A stretch of 27,312 nucleotides of DNA from Thermofilaceae archaeon (GTDB taxonomy: Archaea > Thermoproteota > Thermoprotei > Thermofilales > Thermofilaceae): contig JAVYWK010000025.1 in assembly GCA_038727095.1 (NCBI GenBank), positions 1-27,312 of the forward strand, in the 5' to 3' direction. Positions within the stretch are counted from its first letter, which is position 1. Each line of letters starts with the position of its first letter. Positions 24,978-27,312 of this stretch are shown piece after piece. The position numbers and the translations under genes are program-made. The notes below the pieces were generated by a model. The model made no database searches. It was not told the DNA's origin and saw only the letters and a list, made by a program, of their open reading frames with translations.

Positions 24978-26729
24978 GTGGGTTTCGCCTGGTTGAGGGT
25001 GGAGCCCCCGATCCAGAGGAGCCTCCTCGTCGCGTTGAAAGCGGCTGGTAAAGGTCTCGTCTGGAACAGCGGTGGTGGGTTGAGGCTGGCTGTACCCGTG
25101 GAGTTTGAATCCGCGGTGGGGGAGCACGTGAGAGTGGAGTCATGCAACCCGCCCGTGTTGAAGCCTTCGAAGCCTTGGAGGGTGAGCGAGCTCTCCATCG
25201 AGGTCTCCTCCCTCAGGCTGGGAGCGGCCTGGTTCAAGGTGAGGGATGCGAGGAGGCTGGTAGTGGAGCTGGTTAAGCAGGGTGGCGGTGAAGTACCGCT
25301 ACTATCGAGGAGCTGGGTTTTCTCCGTGCAAGAGCTCGGCTACACCTGCTTTCAAGTCTGCGCCGTCATGTTCACGCCAAACGGGGGTTTGAGGCCGACG
25401 CGGAGGCTGCTGAAGCTCAGGAAGCCCAGCCTACTCTACGCTCCCATGCTCCTCAGCCCCGACGAACTCCTCCAACTGGTCAGGGGTTTGTCGAGGAGGA
25501 TGGTTGTCAACCCCGTTGGTAGGGGGGAGGTGGAGATGGGCTGTGCAGCTCTAGTGAAGGCTGCCGACGACCTCTACCTCGGGTTCCGCAAGTGTGGGAG
25601 CAACTCCCTCCTCGCGGTGGGGAACCCGGGGACTGGGAAGTCCGTCTATATCGACTACCTCCTCTCCCAGCTCTCCCGGTACAAGTGGCCCGGGAGCATC
25701 CTCGTCTTCGACCCGACGGGTGAGCACGCGGTACTAGCGCAGTACGGCTTCCGAGTGCTGGAGCCGGGGGTTGACGCCCTCATCAACCCCCTGACGCTGG
25801 GCGTTGAAGTGGCGTTGGAGGTGGTGGAGGGAGCTACAGTCGAGTTGAAGGGGTTGCACTGGGGCTACGGGCCTGGGAGCTACGCTGCTCTGAGGGAGGC
25901 TCTGGAATCCTCCTCCACGCTCTTCGAAGCAGCCCGGCGCTTGAGAGGCCGAGCCCACTCTGGAGGGGAGTGGGGTGAGATGGCTCAAGCCGCTCTGCGC
26001 AGGCTTCTACCCGTCCTCCACCCCTCTCTCGCCGGTTGGACTCCGCTACCGGAGGGTAGGGTGGTGCTGGTAATGCCCCGCATGTTGAGGAGCTTGGAGC
26101 AGAGGCTCGCTTTCACCATCGCCCTGCTCAGAACCGTCTACTGGGCCGCATACCGGCGATCCTGGTCCGGGCTAGTGGTTGTTGAAGAGGCCGACCGTTT
26201 GGGGCCGGGTTGCGCCGCACTAAGCCAGGTGGTTGACGAGTTGAGGAAGTTCGACGTGCACGTCTGGGCCGTGGCACACGATGTTTCAAGGGTGCCCGCA
26301 GCCCTACAGGGTTGCAGGTACCGCTTCTTCTTCCAGTGCACTGCTGAGGGTGCGGCTAAGTACCTCAACTCCCTGGGTTTTGAGAGCGCGAAGGTGGCGA
26401 CACTCCCCAAGCTCACCTTCCTCGACTGCTACGGGTACGAGCGGGTTGTACCCTACCTGCCAGGCTTTGCAGACCGGTTGAGGATGCTGGGTGAGCCGGT
26501 CGACTTCGACGGTGCAGCTAGGGAGTTCGGGTTGGATAGGCTGGAGCTAATGGAGCTGTACGCGCTCCACCTACCCCACGCCCGGGAGATCGTCAAGTTC
26601 GCTTTGAAGCAGCCGATGACTGCTGAGGAGTTGGACGCTGTAAGGGGCTTGAACCTCGATGGGGTTCGGGTGAGAGCGCTTGCCAGACTCTACCTGCAAG
26701 CCTTCAACCGGCCCAGCTTCTACGGCTAG
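24978..26729 (+). CDS. HerA/VirB4/FtsK-superfamily (DUF87-like) ATPase with uncharacterised N-terminal region
   Basis: Walker A GNPGTGKS, VFDPTGEH, INPL, Walker B VVVEEAD, and Arg-finger region ELRKF. Confidence 0.82.
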   Translation: MGFAWLRVEPPIQRSLLVALKAAGKGLVWNSGGGLRLAVPVEFESAVGEHVRVESCNPPVLKPSKPWRVSELSIEVSSLRLGAAWFKVRDARRLVVELVKQGGGEVPLLSRSWVFSVQELGYTCFQVCAVMFTPNGGLRPTRRLLKLRKPSLLYAPMLLSPDELLQLVRGLSRRMVVNPVGRGEVEMGCAALVKAADDLYLGFRKCGSNSLLAVGNPGTGKSVYIDYLLSQLSRYKWPGSILVFDPTGEHAVLAQYGFRVLEPGVDALINPLTLGVEVALEVVEGATVELKGLHWGYGPGSYAALREALESSSTLFEAARRLRGRAHSGGEWGEMAQAALRRLLPVLHPSLAGWTPLPEGRVVLVMPRMLRSLEQRLAFTIALLRTVYWAAYRRSWSGLVVVEEADRLGPGCAALSQVVDELRKFDVHVWAVAHDVSRVPAALQGCRYRFFFQCTAEGAAKYLNSLGFESAKVATLPKLTFLDCYGYERVVPYLPGFADRLRMLGEPVDFDGAAREFGLDRLELMELYALHLPHAREIVKFALKQPMTAEELDAVRGLNLDGVRVRALARLYLQAFNRPSFYG

Positions 26730-26730
26730 A

Positions 26731-27018
26731 GTGAAAGTTGGGGGCTTCATCGGCCCCCTAGGGGACTGGAAGCTCTACCTACCAGTCGTGAGGAGGGCAT
26801 TGGAGGCTGACGTGGCGGTCTTCAGGCACGAGGGTGGCGCGAGGGCGACCATCATCATCGAGAAGCTCGCCAACGGCTGGAGGGTGAAGCCGGCCAACGC
26901 GACCATCCCGGGGGAGCAGAAGGAGGGGCTGGAAAAGCTCCTCGCACTCCTCCTCCACCCAAACAAGTGGAGGTTCACACTAGAGTTAGAAATAAATACA
27001 TGCACTCCACAAGCCTGA
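26731..27018 (+). CDS. Small hypothetical protein (95 aa) coupled to the HerA-like ATPase
   Basis: GTG 1 bp after the ATPase stop (TAG-A-GTG), same frame as the listed 26680 ORF: MKVGGFIGPLGDWKLYLPVVRRAL... Confidence 0.65.
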   Translation: MKVGGFIGPLGDWKLYLPVVRRALEADVAVFRHEGGARATIIIEKLANGWRVKPANATIPGEQKEGLEKLLALLLHPNKWRFTLELEINTCTPQA

Positions 27019-27312
27019 TGGGTGCGTCCACCGGGCCGAGCAAACAAAACCCCCAAACCCCAGCGAGGCTCGGTGGACAAGAGGGGTTTGGGGGCGGTAG
27101 AACACGAAGACAGCAGGACACTAACGCGGCACTGGAAGCGGATGGACGCTAAAGCGGGGTCTCCGCTCCGCGCGCGGCTTGCAATTGGGGGGATTCTGGA
27201 GGCCCAGTCTTTTAATCAGCCTGTAACCCTCCCCTCTCCACCCTCCGCCCCAAAAAGGCGGATCCCCCTTGTAGGGGGGTGCCTGTGAAGCAGTTGTAGC
27301 GGCCGAGCGCCC

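Larger units (their letters stand above)
15850..27312. mobile_element. Accessory / defence-like genomic island (right end outside window)
   Basis: Abrupt loss of gene density after ipk, gene fragments, a STAND NTPase, an R-M gene and a HerA-like ATPase. No integrase, tRNA or att repeat was found in the window. Confidence 0.55.

Noticed and set aside
1-27312. CRISPR array, rRNA, tRNA, transposase or integrase
   Set aside because: No regularly spaced repeats, cloverleafs or recognisable recombinase/transposase motifs were seen on either strand by manual reading.

Overview
Archaeal genomic window, most consistent with a Thermoproteota/Thermofilaceae-type organism (inferred from gene content: fused ADP-forming acetyl-CoA synthetase, GcvH, a presenilin homologue, PDO, TtuA and leaderless TATA promoters). 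Bases 1-15848 are densely packed housekeeping genes: pyrI (5'-partial), an HTH/Zn-ribbon regulator, a metallophosphoesterase, an LbH acetyltransferase, yhbY, ttuA, DUF92, protein-disulfide oxidoreductase, a ChlI-like AAA+ and vWA pair, a CoA-disulfide reductase-like flavoprotein, ACD, gcvH, an Lrp ligand-binding domain, presenilin, GGPP synthase and isopentenyl-phosphate kinase. From about 15850 to the right edge lies an accessory, partly decayed defence-like island: a frameshifted sliding-clamp-like remnant, gene debris, a 1035-aa STAND/TPR-like NTPase, a Type IIG-like restriction-modification gene split by an in-frame TAG, and a HerA/VirB4-like ATPase with a small partner ORF. Four signals are not visible in the ORF track: (1) a candidate programmed +1 frameshift (TTT TTT CCC CGA, 7195-7206) that would fuse the ChlI-like AAA+ ORF to a membrane-anchored vWA ORF, giving two subunits from one chlD-like gene; (2) an intergenic box C/D guide sRNA (12973-13037) whose D guide predicts 16S rRNA Cm1402; (3) an SD-TAG-ATG junction splitting the methyltransferase between motifs I and IV; (4) a hydrophobic insertion inside the P-loop domain of the effector-less STAND protein. 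All family calls come from motif recognition, not database searches.
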